Assembly (NCBI GenBank): GCA_963706955.1
Contig: CAVPOC010000008.1
Coordinates: 288,001 to 352,000 of the forward strand
Direction: 5' to 3'
Length of the DNA stretch: 64,000 nt
Origin: an uncultured Verrucomicrobiae bacterium
Lineage (GTDB): Bacteria > Verrucomicrobiota > Verrucomicrobiia > Chthoniobacterales > Terrimicrobiaceae
Positions 38,362 through 48,416 of this stretch are shown one piece after another. The position numbers and the translations under genes are program-made. The notes beneath the pieces were generated by a model. It saw only the letters and a program-made list of their open reading frames with translations. It searched no databases and had not been told where the DNA came from. Positions within the stretch are counted from its first letter, which is position 1, and every line of letters begins with the position of its first letter.

Positions 38362-40656
38362 TCAAAATTGGTAGCCGATATTAAAATTGAATTTGCCTGG
38401 AGGGCCGTTGAAATCGTCGTAGATGATCGGGTACCCGTAATCGAAGCGAATTGGACCGATGGGCAAGTCGAGCCGCAACCCAATACCGATGTCCGCATTC
38501 AGGTTTGAAGCGCTGAAGTCGTAAGCATCGGGATTAACGAAGCCAAAGTCACCGAAAATCGCAAAGCGAACTCGGGAAATGATCGGGAAGGTAACCTCGA
38601 CCGTCGAGTAAGCCAACGAACCGCCGCCAATTGGATTGTTAAATTCATCAACCGGTCCGACTTCCCGGAAATCGAATCCGCGAAGGTTGTTGGAGCCGCC
38701 CAGGTAGAGGCGATCGAAAATCGGCACCTCATCGCTCCCGCCCCAGGTATCGACCACGGCAATCTCGCCTTTGAGAAGCAAGATTATGTCGAACGGCAAA
38801 AGGATATATTTGGCGCTCTCAAGGGAAATGCCATAGTCCTGCACATTGCCGCCGAGTCCGCCGCCCGCGATAAAGCCTGTAAATTCGATAACTTCTCCCC
38901 GGCGTGTGAGGAATAAGCTGTCGCGGGTGTCCCAAATCAAGCCGCCGGTAACCGCGCTCCTAGTATAATTACCGGCCGCGTCTTGAATAACCTGACCGGC
39001 GTCATCTTCGTCGACGTTGAAGATGCGAATACCTTCGATTCGATATTCCAAGCGCCCGGAGAGGCTTCGCCATAGGTCCTTGCGGGCGGAGAAGGCCGCT
39101 CCATAGTTGGTTTGGTCGTAAACGTCCGAAAGGTAGTTGGCTTCACGATAGTAGCCCTCCACTCCCACCGCCAGTCTGTAGCCGAGGAACCATGGCTCGG
39201 TCAGCGCAGCGATGAAATCACGGCGCTCCAACCCATACTGGCCGCGAATGCGAAAACGTTGTCCGCCGCCGATAAATCTCGGCCAGTTGAATAAATCGAA
39301 GTTGGACTGCTGGAGTTCCGCGAATCCGACGAGGCTATCGATAGTGCTGAATCCCGCGCCGAAGTTAAAGGAACCGGTCCGCTTCTCCTCCACGATCACA
39401 TTCAGATCTTTTCGCCCGGGAACAATGGTGTCGGACGGCGACGTTTCAACGCGCGAGAAGTAGTTGAGATTCTCGAGGCGTTGACGGCTGACGGTCACCA
39501 ACGTGGTATCAAACACGTCACCGGGTTTCACGGCCAACTCGCGCCGAATCACGCGATCCTTCGTCCGGGTATTGCCCTGAATGTTGACCAAGTTCACATA
39601 GGACTGCACGCCTTCGTCGATGCGATAGATCACATCCACCGCGCCTGGTCCGGCAGGAACGATCTCGGGGACGGCGAGCATATCGACATACCCGCGCGAG
39701 CCATAGAAATCGCGCAAGGTTTTCAAGTCATCCCCCATCCCCTTCGGTGTGAAGAGCGAGCCATCCACCATCTTCAGCCGGAGCTTGATTTCATCTGACG
39801 GAACGATGTTTACGCCTTCCAACTTGACGGTGTTCACGCGATACTGGATCCCCTCGACCACCGTGATATTCAGCTCCACTCCATTGCCCTCGAGCGGCAC
39901 GGTTTGGACGTCGGTCACTTCGGCATCGGCGAAGCCGCGGTTCTGATAAAGTGTTCGAATAGCCGCGCGATCTTCGTCCATTTGAGCGGGAACCAATTTT
40001 CCGCTCCTGTTGAGGAAGGAAAGAAGGTTCCAAGGACGCGTCTTCATGACCTTGATGAGGTCTCGCTTTCTGACGCTCTCATTGCCGAAGAAATTGATTC
40101 TCCTGACGACCATGCGTGGTCCCTCGGAAATCTGAAAAAAAACGCGGACCTGGTTGGTCCCGGCGATCTCTTGGATGCGATATTGGACGTCGACTTCGGA
40201 GTAGTTGCGATCCTCGTAGATTTTCAGGATCTTCTGGCGGTCCGATTCGAGCCTTTCCTCGCTGAGAACCTCGCCAACTTTCGAGCTCACCTCGCGTCGC
40301 ACGCGGCGAACCGGGATCTGCTCGGCGCCTTCAATAATTATCTCCTGGATGACGGGTCGCCCTTGCAACAGAACGGTTACCCTCACCCCATCCAAATACG
40401 GCTCGGCAAAGATGCGCACGTTCGCCACGCCACCGGTGGCATAGAGAGCGCGAATGTCGGCCTCGGCATTGCGCTCGCTATATGGCTGCCCAATTCTAGT
40501 GGCAAGGTTGTCAATCACACGCGCCTTGGAAATCGACGGCGGGCCGACATACTCGACGACGATGTCGCGGACGATTGGCGCGGGTTCTTGCGCCAAAAGT
40601 GGCAGACAGACCGCGAACACGGCCACCAGCAACGCAATATCTCGACAGAATCTCAT
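38362..40656 (-). CDS. bamA: Outer membrane protein assembly factor BamA
   Basis: POTRA repeats (GNTRTKDRVIRREL), LRGF loop, GPIRFDYG, C-terminal Phe. Confidence 0.95.
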   Translation of the reverse strand: MRFCRDIALLVAVFAVCLPLLAQEPAPIVRDIVVEYVGPPSISKARVIDNLATRIGQPYSERNAEADIRALYATGGVANVRIFAEPYLDGVRVTVLLQGRPVIQEIIIEGAEQIPVRRVRREVSSKVGEVLSEERLESDRQKILKIYEDRNYSEVDVQYRIQEIAGTNQVRVFFQISEGPRMVVRRINFFGNESVRKRDLIKVMKTRPWNLLSFLNRSGKLVPAQMDEDRAAIRTLYQNRGFADAEVTDVQTVPLEGNGVELNITVVEGIQYRVNTVKLEGVNIVPSDEIKLRLKMVDGSLFTPKGMGDDLKTLRDFYGSRGYVDMLAVPEIVPAGPGAVDVIYRIDEGVQSYVNLVNIQGNTRTKDRVIRRELAVKPGDVFDTTLVTVSRQRLENLNYFSRVETSPSDTIVPGRKDLNVIVEEKRTGSFNFGAGFSTIDSLVGFAELQQSNFDLFNWPRFIGGGQRFRIRGQYGLERRDFIAALTEPWFLGYRLAVGVEGYYREANYLSDVYDQTNYGAAFSARKDLWRSLSGRLEYRIEGIRIFNVDEDDAGQVIQDAAGNYTRSAVTGGLIWDTRDSLFLTRRGEVIEFTGFIAGGGLGGNVQDYGISLESAKYILLPFDIILLLKGEIAVVDTWGGSDEVPIFDRLYLGGSNNLRGFDFREVGPVDEFNNPIGGGSLAYSTVEVTFPIISRVRFAIFGDFGFVNPDAYDFSASNLNADIGIGLRLDLPIGPIRFDYGYPIIYDDFNGPPGKFNFNIGYQF

Positions 40657-40789
40657 GGTAGGCAGGCAGCCGCTCCCGCGAGCACAGGGATCGGCCGAAC
40701 TCGCAGTGCATGGCGAAACGAGAGGAAAACGTCAAGTCGCGTTTTCATTAACAGCCAGGTAATCCTCTCCGGCAGGCCTACTTTTCTAT

Positions 40790-41012
40790 CCCTCGATTTC
40801 TGCCGAACGGTCTGGTCCGACTCGGGAGGCTGTGAACATCTTCTGCGACCGATCGACGGACACTGAGATCTCCGCGAGCGCCAAGGGCACGCAGATTCGC
40901 GGCAAGCCTGAACAATCTGGGAACCCAGCACACCCACAAGACAGCGCTGAACGACGATTCTCAAAAACCAGCACCGACCAGTTTGAGGCGGGAAAAGGCA
41001 TCGACGATCAGG
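40790..41012 (+). ncRNA. Candidate 6S RNA-like long irregular hairpin
   Basis: Lies in the ~450-bp gap between degT and bamA. The 5' TCGATTTCTGCCGAACGGTCTGGT pairs with the 3' ACCGACCAGTTTGAGGCGGGAAAAGGCATCGA. Contains 6S-like words GGGCACGC, AAGCCTGAA, CACCCAC and GGCATC. Not tested with a covariance model. Confidence 0.4.
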
Positions 41013-41108
41013 AACGCTGCGTCTCAACTCCACGCGGCGATTCACACTTTCAACGTTCGGGTTCGGACGACGACATTGCGCGAATGACAAAGTCTCCCGC
41101 ATGCCCCA

Positions 41109-42290
41109 TCACTTTGCGTAGAACGATCGGATTGCCTGCACGACGGCCTCAATCTCTTCCTCTCGCAATCCGGGAAAGATCGGCAAAGCGACCGCTTCCC
41201 TGGCCGCGCGCTCAGCTTCCGGAAAGTCTCCCGCCTTGTAACCCAAAAAGGCAAAGCATTGCTGCAAATGCAAAGGCACCGGATAGTAAACGGCGTGTCC
41301 GATTTCCGCTTCCGTGAGATGCGACAATAATTCATCGCGCCGCTTTACCCGGATGACGAACTGGTGCCACGTGTGATGATTGGCGAGCCCGGTCCGTTTC
41401 CACGGTTCCGAGGGCAGTTTGACGTCGTCTCGCAGATCGGCAAGAGCGGCGGCGTAAAGGGAAGCGTTGCGACGTCGCGCGGCGTTCCATTCTTGCACAA
41501 AGGGCAGCTTGGCATGAAGGACAGCGGCTTGGATCGCATCGAGACGAAAATTTCCGCCAACGATCCGATGAAGGTAGCCTTGTTCCATTCCGTGGTTGCG
41601 AACGAGTCGAAGTTTCTCTGCGAGCCGTTCGTCGTGGCAGACGGCCATGCCGGCGTCACCCGCCGCCCCCAGGTTCTTGGTCGGGAAAAAGCTGAAGAAG
41701 GCAGCTTCAGCCATCGTGCCTGCTTGTGACGGCTTGTTCCTGAAAAAGCATTCTGCGCCGATCGCCTGAGCGGCGTCCTCAATGATCCTCAGCCGATAGG
41801 CCCGGGCCGCCTCATAAAGCGGATCCATCGCGCAGCACAGGCCAAACAGGTGAACTGGCAGCACCGCCCGGACGCGGTTGCCGCGCGCAGTGACCAGTTG
41901 GCCGTCACTTCCTGATGCGAGCTGCGCGAGGTATTCGAGCACCTTCGTCGAATCGATTTCGAATGTGTCGGGATCGACGTCGACAAAGACAGGCTCCGCG
42001 CCCGCTCGATGGATCGAGCCTGCCGTCGCAAAAAAACTGTAAGGCGTGGTGATGACGGCATCGCCGGGGCCGATCTGGAGGGCCATGAGGATGGCCAGCT
42101 GGGCATCCGTTCCCGACGACATGCCAATCGCATGCGCAGAGCCGGTGAAATCGCAAAACGCCTGTTCAAACTCCTCAACCGCCTTCCCGAGGATGAACTG
42201 CTGAGCGTCAAAGACCGATCGCACTCGCGTCTCGACCGCCGCTCGCACTCGCTCGTATTCACGGACGAGATCCAGCAAGGGTACGCGCAC
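41109..42290 (-). CDS. DegT/DnrJ/EryC1/StrS family aminotransferase
   Basis: SSGTDA, IIEDAAQAIGA, FSFFPTKNLGAAGDAG, GGNFRLDAIQAA. Confidence 0.93.
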   Translation of the reverse strand: MRVPLLDLVREYERVRAAVETRVRSVFDAQQFILGKAVEEFEQAFCDFTGSAHAIGMSSGTDAQLAILMALQIGPGDAVITTPYSFFATAGSIHRAGAEPVFVDVDPDTFEIDSTKVLEYLAQLASGSDGQLVTARGNRVRAVLPVHLFGLCCAMDPLYEAARAYRLRIIEDAAQAIGAECFFRNKPSQAGTMAEAAFFSFFPTKNLGAAGDAGMAVCHDERLAEKLRLVRNHGMEQGYLHRIVGGNFRLDAIQAAVLHAKLPFVQEWNAARRRNASLYAAALADLRDDVKLPSEPWKRTGLANHHTWHQFVIRVKRRDELLSHLTEAEIGHAVYYPVPLHLQQCFAFLGYKAGDFPEAERAAREAVALPIFPGLREEEIEAVVQAIRSFYAK

Positions 42291-42296
42291 GCAGGG

Positions 42297-42797
42297 CTAC
42301 TTGACTACGCCAAACTCAGCGCGGCGGTTCATCGCCCAAGCCGATTCACCGCTCCCCGGATCCGCGGGCATTTCCTCGCCAAAACTGACGGTCTGGATGC
42401 GTCCGCCGCTCACTCCTTGGGAAATCAGTGCATCGCGCACGGCCTGCGCCCGCTTTTCCCCGAGGCCGCGATTATATTCCTCCGTGCCTCGTTCATCTGT
42501 GAAGCCGGCAATGATCAAGGTATTGCTCATTGACTTCATCGCGGAGGCCACTCGCTGAATTTTCCCGCTTTCCGAGTCGGAAATTGCAGTACTGTCATAC
42601 CAGAAATAGACGGGCGAGAATTGCCCGCGCGTCACATTGCTGCCGAAAAAGTTTGCTCCTTCGATGCGATCTGGAAGCGGGGTTCCTGAGACGTAGTCGC
42701 CTTCCACGCCAGCATAGGGACCGGTACCTTTCTTTTTGCACGCGTCGAAGGTGGCAGCGAGCAAGATCGTCACGCCGAGGGTCAACAGCTTTCTCAT
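42297..42797 (-). CDS. pal: Peptidoglycan-associated lipoprotein (OmpA-C)
   Basis: TDERGTEEYNRGLGEKRA, SFGEEMP, NRRAEF. Downstream of tolB. Confidence 0.9.
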   Translation of the reverse strand: MRKLLTLGVTILLAATFDACKKKGTGPYAGVEGDYVSGTPLPDRIEGANFFGSNVTRGQFSPVYFWYDSTAISDSESGKIQRVASAMKSMSNTLIIAGFTDERGTEEYNRGLGEKRAQAVRDALISQGVSGGRIQTVSFGEEMPADPGSGESAWAMNRRAEFGVVK

Positions 42798-42881
42798 ACT
42801 TCTCAATCGGAATAGGGACTTTGCTGAAACATTTCAACCCGCGAGAAGATTATTTGAGACGAGAATGCACACGATCGGCGC

Positions 42882-44019
42882 CTAGCGTGACCAGGTCGGT
42901 TCTGTCACCTTTCCAAGTCCGGTGACAATCGGGACCGAACGACCGGTCGGAACATCTAACAAAATCAGACTCGATCCCGAGCTGAAGATAATGTGCCGTG
43001 AGTCCGCTCCCCATACCGGATCCTCCCCGCTGGCGACAAGGTTCGTCGCGCCGCTCTGCAGGTCCTTCACCCCGATCGAAAATCCGCCGGTGCGCGCCGT
43101 AAACGCCACCCTCTTTCCGTCGGGTGACCAGCTTGGCTCAGTGCAGTAGTTATAACCTGTCGAGATGAGCTGCCCACTGCCTCCTCCCGCACCTATGCGA
43201 AAGAGCTGTGGGCTGCCTCGCTCGTCCGACGAATAGATGATTTGCGAACCATCCGGCGACCAAGTTGGAGATGATTCAACCCCTCTGGTGCTGGTGAGCC
43301 GGCGAGCCCCGCCGCCTCCTGCACCGATGACATAGAGTTCCGGATTGCCGTCCTTGCTGAGCGTGCAGGCGATTTGCGCCGCCATTGGGCGAGAAGGCCG
43401 CGCCCGAATTTGTCCCGGGAAACTTGATGATACGGCTGCGAGCACCCGAGCCAAGATCGATCAAGTAGATGTCTGCGTAGCCGCTCTGATAGCCGGTATA
43501 GGCAAGCTTGCTGCCGTTGGGAGCGAGCGCCGGAGCGACGCTGATCGAACTATCATGCGTCAATTGACGCACATTGGCTCCGTCATAGTCGGCCGTATAG
43601 ATCTCTTTGCGTCCACTCCGAGTGGAGGCGAAGGCGATGCGGGAGCTGGCAATCCCTTTGTGGCCAGTGAGAGTCTCGACGATGTCGTCGGCAAATCGAT
43701 GTGCCGCCAGCCGTGGACCACCAGAGTACGATTTCTGCAGCACAACGCTGCCGCGTTGGTCGGTAACTTGCCCCTGAAGAGTGCCTCCGGCCGACGATCC
43801 GCTGATCATGTAGCTGGCGCGCTCCGGTGGCGAGATACTAAACCATCCGGAGAGGTCGAGATCGTTCTGCAGCACCTTGGTCGACGCGGGACCCTCGCTT
43901 CCGCCAAGCGTTTGCAGGGCTACATTGGTCGTCTCGCCCTTGCGAATGGTTATGGTCGGTGCCTCCTGCCCGTGCAGGCCCGAGGCGATTAGAAAAAGAA
44001 GGATCGCAACACGCTTCAT
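42882..44019 (-). CDS. tolB: TolB (PD40 beta-propeller), frameshift near 43380
   Basis: AAHRFADDIV...SRIAF, DYDGANVRQLT and WSPDG repeats across ORFs 43276-44061 and 42882-43454. Confidence 0.9.
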
Positions 44020-44062
44020 AAGGACTTTTTCCTGATTGGCAAAAGCGCGAGGGCTTTGCAAC

Positions 44063-44890
44063 CTACGATTTGAACCTCCTGCCCACCGGGTAGGTTCCCA
44101 GGCTTGTCATCGATTCGGCCAGAGCTCCTGCCAGCCTAAGCGTGCGGGCGACTGTCGCAGTTTTCGGTGCGCCATCAATCTCCAGAAAAAATATATAGGT
44201 CTGCGGGTGACCGGGAACTGGACGCGATACAATGCGGGAAAGATTAACTTTCTGCCGGGCGAATGGGCCCAAAAAACGATAGAGACTGCCGCAGACATTC
44301 GGAAGGGCTGCGACGAGGGCCGTTTTTTGTCGCTCATCGTCGAACGCGGGCGGTTCCCCTCCGATGGTAAAAAAGTGGGTTACGTTAGGCGATCGGCCCA
44401 TCGATGGGACTTCGAGCACCTCCAGTCCATAAACGTCGGCAGCGCCGGGCGAGGCCAGGGCTGCCGCTGTTTTGCTCGCGGAGGCCTTCCGAGCGGCGAG
44501 AGCCGTACTGGCCACCGCACGGACGCGCGCTCGCGGATGGCGTGCCTTCAGCCAGTCCGAGTGATGCTTGATCTGCACAAAGTGCGAATACACTGTCGAA
44601 ATCACCCTTCCTGGTCGGCCGAGAAGTGCGATGCGCACGTCCATGGCCAACTCCTCGCGAATGAAAACGCGACCTGCATGGCGGATCAACAGGTCCACAG
44701 AGTCATATACGGTCCCCCCGCTGGAGTTCTCGATCGGCACAATCCCCAGAGCATCGGTCGAAGCGAGAACCCGGTCGAAGATCGCTTCAATGGTGGGACA
44801 CGGCGTCAGGACCGCATGCTTTCCGAACCTCTTCCGAGCAAGAATATGGGAGAATGTCCCTTCGGGCCCGAGGTAGTTGACCGGTCTCAC
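44063..44890 (-). CDS. pheA: Prephenate dehydratase (PDT + ACT, no chorismate mutase domain)
   Basis: YLGPEGTFSH, VPIENSSGG, NVTHF, VNLSRIVSRP. GTG start at 44890 is assumed. Confidence 0.85.
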   Translation of the reverse strand: MRPVNYLGPEGTFSHILARKRFGKHAVLTPCPTIEAIFDRVLASTDALGIVPIENSSGGTVYDSVDLLIRHAGRVFIREELAMDVRIALLGRPGRVISTVYSHFVQIKHHSDWLKARHPRARVRAVASTALAARKASASKTAAALASPGAADVYGLEVLEVPSMGRSPNVTHFFTIGGEPPAFDDERQKTALVAALPNVCGSLYRFLGPFARQKVNLSRIVSRPVPGHPQTYIFFLEIDGAPKTATVARTLRLAGALAESMTSLGTYPVGRRFKS

Positions 44891-44997
44891 AGTAACCTTC
44901 TGAAGCCACAACCAATCGGTTGCAAGTGAACTCCGCTTGCGTGCATCGCGACGACAACTATTCTTGTTATCGAGCGCCCACAGCTCATCACTTCTTT

Positions 44998-45234
44998 ATG
45001 CCTACTTACGTCTACGAAACGATTCCCGCCAAGAGGGGGAGGACCCCGAAGCGCTACGAGTTCAAACAGAGTATCAAAGACGCCGCCTTTACGAAGCACC
45101 CTGAAACCGGAGAGCCAATCAAGCGCGTCATCACTGGCGGCATCGGTGTGCTGACTTCTTCTTCGGCGGGCCCCGCTCATGCTCATGTCCACCGACCCTC
45201 CTGCGGATGCGGAGCCGGAGGCTGCCACGGCTGA
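44998..45234 (+). CDS. FmdB-family small protein lacking the zinc-ribbon cysteines
   Basis: MPTYVYE...FKQSIKD...KHPETGEPIKRVITGG with His/Cys-rich tail. Confidence 0.75.
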   Translation: MPTYVYETIPAKRGRTPKRYEFKQSIKDAAFTKHPETGEPIKRVITGGIGVLTSSSAGPAHAHVHRPSCGCGAGGCHG

Positions 45235-45325
45235 GAGCCTTTGAACTTTCCTCATTTCGCTTCCAAGACGGCCAAGCAAGTAGCGAGAGCACCTAAAGAA
45301 CATCGTTTGCAAGACGCTCGGGGGA

Positions 45326-45823
45326 GTGGCTAAAAAAAGCAACGCGCCGAGGTTTGCTGCGATTTGGCCGGGATCGCTTCGGAAGCTGAAAGGCTTGGGA
45401 TTGGGAGCGCTTCTTCTTGCTTTGCCGGGCGTCGGCTGCGCGACCAAGTCTGCTCCACCGCCCGCAGGCGAAGAAGTTTCCACCGACCGCGCCACCCCGC
45501 CTTCTCAACCGCAGACCAAACGCCCGTTCCTGGTCGGAGCCTTTTCCTGGCTTCCGAAACTTTCCTTCCGGCGGCCGAAGCCTCCCCAGGCTCAGGTGCC
45601 CCGCCTCATCGGCGTCATCAAGATGGTTGATGAAGACGATCGCTTCGTCCTCATCGATGCCACCACCTTCCAAGGCGCCGGAGCCGGAGATCTCCTCATC
45701 TGCATCCGGGATCAAAAAGAGACCGCCAACCTCCGCATGAGCAATCTGAAAAATCCTCCCTTTCTCATCGCCGATATTGCCAGCGGAAAGCCCGCGCCAG
45801 GGGACCGCGTCGTTAAACCCTAA
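45326..45823 (+). CDS. Hypothetical lipoprotein
   Basis: Hydrophobic stretch ending VGC; C-terminal IGVIKMVD...FVLID...ADIASGKPAPGDRV. Confidence 0.55.
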   Translation: MAKKSNAPRFAAIWPGSLRKLKGLGLGALLLALPGVGCATKSAPPPAGEEVSTDRATPPSQPQTKRPFLVGAFSWLPKLSFRRPKPPQAQVPRLIGVIKMVDEDDRFVLIDATTFQGAGAGDLLICIRDQKETANLRMSNLKNPPFLIADIASGKPAPGDRVVKP

Positions 45824-45840
45824 GCCCCCCGCAATCCCGA

Positions 45841-45869
45841 TTGACAAGTTCTATTACGTTCTCCTTAAT
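45841..45869 (+). promoter_or_regulatory. Sigma70-type promoter for the marR operon
   Basis: TTGACA-N17-CTTAAT, 23 bp upstream of the marR start. Confidence 0.55.
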
Positions 45870-45892
45870 TCTAATGGGGTTAATCAATAGTC

Positions 45893-46363
45893 GTGATCGA
45901 ACTGCAAAGACCTGAAGTCCGTCCCGATGTGGAACGGCTTGCGGACATCATGATGATGCTTCAGCGCTGTTTGATGCTCCGGTTGTCGGAAGAACTTTCC
46001 CGAGGGCAGGTCTCATTTCCCCAATTTTTTCTTCTCGGTCACATTGCCGCTCACGACTTTTTGTCCATGAGCGAAATCGCGGAAAAGATGAACCACTCGA
46101 CCGCCGCAGCCACGGGCTTGGTAGATCGGTTGGAGAATCTTGGTTACGTTCAGCGTTCGCACGCTGCCAACGACCGCCGCAAAGTTCTTGTGAAAATCAC
46201 CAAAAAAGGAAGTGCTCTGGTTGAAAAAATCCGACAGGACATAGTTACAAATCTCTCGCAAATCATGGATCTGCTGCCCCCCGATGAACAAAAAGCTTGG
46301 CTGAGCATCTACGAAAAGGTGCATTCCTACTGCCTAAGCAAACAAAGCTCATGCTCCGAGTGA
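45893..46363 (+). CDS. MarR-family transcriptional regulator
   Basis: SMSEIAEKM...ATGLVDRLENLGYVQR...DRRKVLVKITKKG. Confidence 0.93.
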   Translation: MIELQRPEVRPDVERLADIMMMLQRCLMLRLSEELSRGQVSFPQFFLLGHIAAHDFLSMSEIAEKMNHSTAAATGLVDRLENLGYVQRSHAANDRRKVLVKITKKGSALVEKIRQDIVTNLSQIMDLLPPDEQKAWLSIYEKVHSYCLSKQSSCSE

Positions 46364-48408
46364 ACATTTTTAAGGCCTGCCTGCCGGCTCTTTGTGCCGT
46401 GGCCGCCGTCTTTTCGACACTCGCGCAGAGTAGTCAGCTTCCTCCCGGCGCGCTCGAGCCCACCCCCACTCAGACACCCACTCCAACGCCGATACCAGAG
46501 CCAACCCCGATGGCAGTTCCCGAGCCTGTGGTGCCAACGCCGTCTCCTCTTTCCACCCTCGCTCCTTTGGTGAGCCCGTCGCCTTTTCCCACCCTGCCAC
46601 CGCTCGCGAGTCCGACGCCACTTCCAGACGGCACGATGCCCCTGACACCACCGCCGATGCCTACGCCTGCGCTTCCCGATGCGAGTACTCTTTCAGACCA
46701 GCTCAATTTGCCTTTGCCAGCACCGGGCCAGCTCCACGAACCGTTAGGTCCTGGAAGGGAAACCGACACTCTCAAGGACAGCGAGAAATTGGCGATGCAG
46801 CAGAAGATGATGATGGCGGATTTCGAGAAGTCACTTGCCCAACTCATCGGGAAGCAGCGCAACCCCAATGTGCCGAACATGACGCTGAATGATGCGGTGC
46901 AAATCGCGCTCAAGCAAAATCCTGACATTCTCAACGCCATTCAACAGATCCGCATCACGCGCGGACAGCTCATCCAAGTCGCGTCGCAAGCAGTTCCGAA
47001 AATCGTCATCAACTCCCAATATCGAAACCAGGCCGAAGCATTGACAACCAATGGACAGGGCACCCAAGGCCCACTCATCGGTGAAATTCCCAATCCAGCC
47101 GGCGGCCGACCGACCCGAATCGTCTTCAGCAGCACCGATAGCACCCCCATTCAGAACCAAAGCTGGAACATTCAATTTCAAGGCACCCAGCTCGTCTTCG
47201 ACGGCGGCGCGGCCTATTACGGCATCAAAGGCGGAACCGCAGTTTACGACAGCGCGTTTTTCAGCCTCCGATCGACGATTGACAACGTTGTCTCTCAGGT
47301 CATCAACCAGTTTTACCAAGTCGTTCTCAATCGGGCTCTCATCGTCGCCCAGGAGCAGAACGTGGCGCTGCTGCAGCAGCAGGTCAAAGACCAGCAAAAT
47401 CGCTATGATGCGGGCACCGTGCCCCGCTTCAACGTTCTCCAAGCCGAAGTGCAACTAGCCAACGCTCTGCCGCCGCTCATCCAGGCGCAGAACGCCTACC
47501 GGATTTCGACCTATCAGCTGGTTCGTCTTTTAGGAATGGACTATCCGAGAGGGCACCCGAGCGAGGTTCCATTTAACGTCGTGGGCACCCTCGGCTACTC
47601 GCCGCGCAGGATTGACACCGACGAGTCGATTCGTGTCGCGATTGCCCGTAATCCTTCGCTGAAAGCTCAACGGCAAGCGATCCTTTCGAATGCGGCCAAC
47701 GTGAACGTCCAAATCGCCGGATGGTTTCCTACCATCAATGCCAATGCCGGCTACGAGTTTGTCAACGATTCGGCGTCGCAAAACATTTCCAGCAACGTTG
47801 GAGGCTGGTTTTTCGGTGCGACCGGAACCTGGAATATTTGGGACGGCGGACTGACGTATGGAAACGTGATGCAGGCCAAGGCTCAACTCATGCAGGCCAA
47901 GAACAACTACGACAACGGCGTGCGCCAAATTGTCCTCGATGTGCAGCAGGCGATTTCCAATCTCCAGCAAGCGCAGGAGACGCTCGACAGCCAAACCGCG
48001 AGCGTGGTGCAGGCGACCGAGGCGCTGCGCCTTTCCCGCGAGCGGTTGGATGCTGGCGCCGGCACGCAGCTCGACGTCTTGAATGCGCAGGTGCAACTCC
48101 TCCAGGCACAGACCAACGTTCTCCAGGCGCGTTTTGACTACATTGCCGCCATGGCCAGCTACGACCTCGCTCTCTCGCTCGACACACAATATGTCGAAAC
48201 GTTTGACGACCCGATCGTCCGTCCCCTCAATCCACAGGCGCTCAATCGCTCCGAGCGAAATCGCTTTCAAAAGGTCACGCGTCCGGCAAACCCGCAACCC
48301 AGGCTCCCGCGCGCCTTCCGCAAGGAAGATCCGATCGAGCCAATTCTGGAATCGTCGCCCACCTCGAAGCAAAAGAAAAAGAAGACGTCGGCGCGGAGCG
48401 GCAAATAA
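46351..48408 (+). CDS. TolC-family outer membrane protein with long Pro-rich N-terminus
   Basis: TLNDAVQIALKQNP, RYDAGTVPRFNVLQAEV, ERLDAGAGTQLDVLNAQ (two OEP repeats). Confidence 0.9.
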   Translation: MLRVNIFKACLPALCAVAAVFSTLAQSSQLPPGALEPTPTQTPTPTPIPEPTPMAVPEPVVPTPSPLSTLAPLVSPSPFPTLPPLASPTPLPDGTMPLTPPPMPTPALPDASTLSDQLNLPLPAPGQLHEPLGPGRETDTLKDSEKLAMQQKMMMADFEKSLAQLIGKQRNPNVPNMTLNDAVQIALKQNPDILNAIQQIRITRGQLIQVASQAVPKIVINSQYRNQAEALTTNGQGTQGPLIGEIPNPAGGRPTRIVFSSTDSTPIQNQSWNIQFQGTQLVFDGGAAYYGIKGGTAVYDSAFFSLRSTIDNVVSQVINQFYQVVLNRALIVAQEQNVALLQQQVKDQQNRYDAGTVPRFNVLQAEVQLANALPPLIQAQNAYRISTYQLVRLLGMDYPRGHPSEVPFNVVGTLGYSPRRIDTDESIRVAIARNPSLKAQRQAILSNAANVNVQIAGWFPTINANAGYEFVNDSASQNISSNVGGWFFGATGTWNIWDGGLTYGNVMQAKAQLMQAKNNYDNGVRQIVLDVQQAISNLQQAQETLDSQTASVVQATEALRLSRERLDAGAGTQLDVLNAQVQLLQAQTNVLQARFDYIAAMASYDLALSLDTQYVETFDDPIVRPLNPQALNRSERNRFQKVTRPANPQPRLPRAFRKEDPIEPILESSPTSKQKKKKTSARSGK

Positions 48409-48416
48409 CCGATACG

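Noticed and set aside
10033..44019. Programmed frameshifting or true pseudogenisation of iscS, ycaQ-like, TPR, luxC-like, tolB and the acs tail
   Set aside because: Single-base indels, several in short homopolymers, in otherwise well-conserved genes with no slippery heptamers noticed. Long-read consensus error is the simplest explanation; read polishing would decide.
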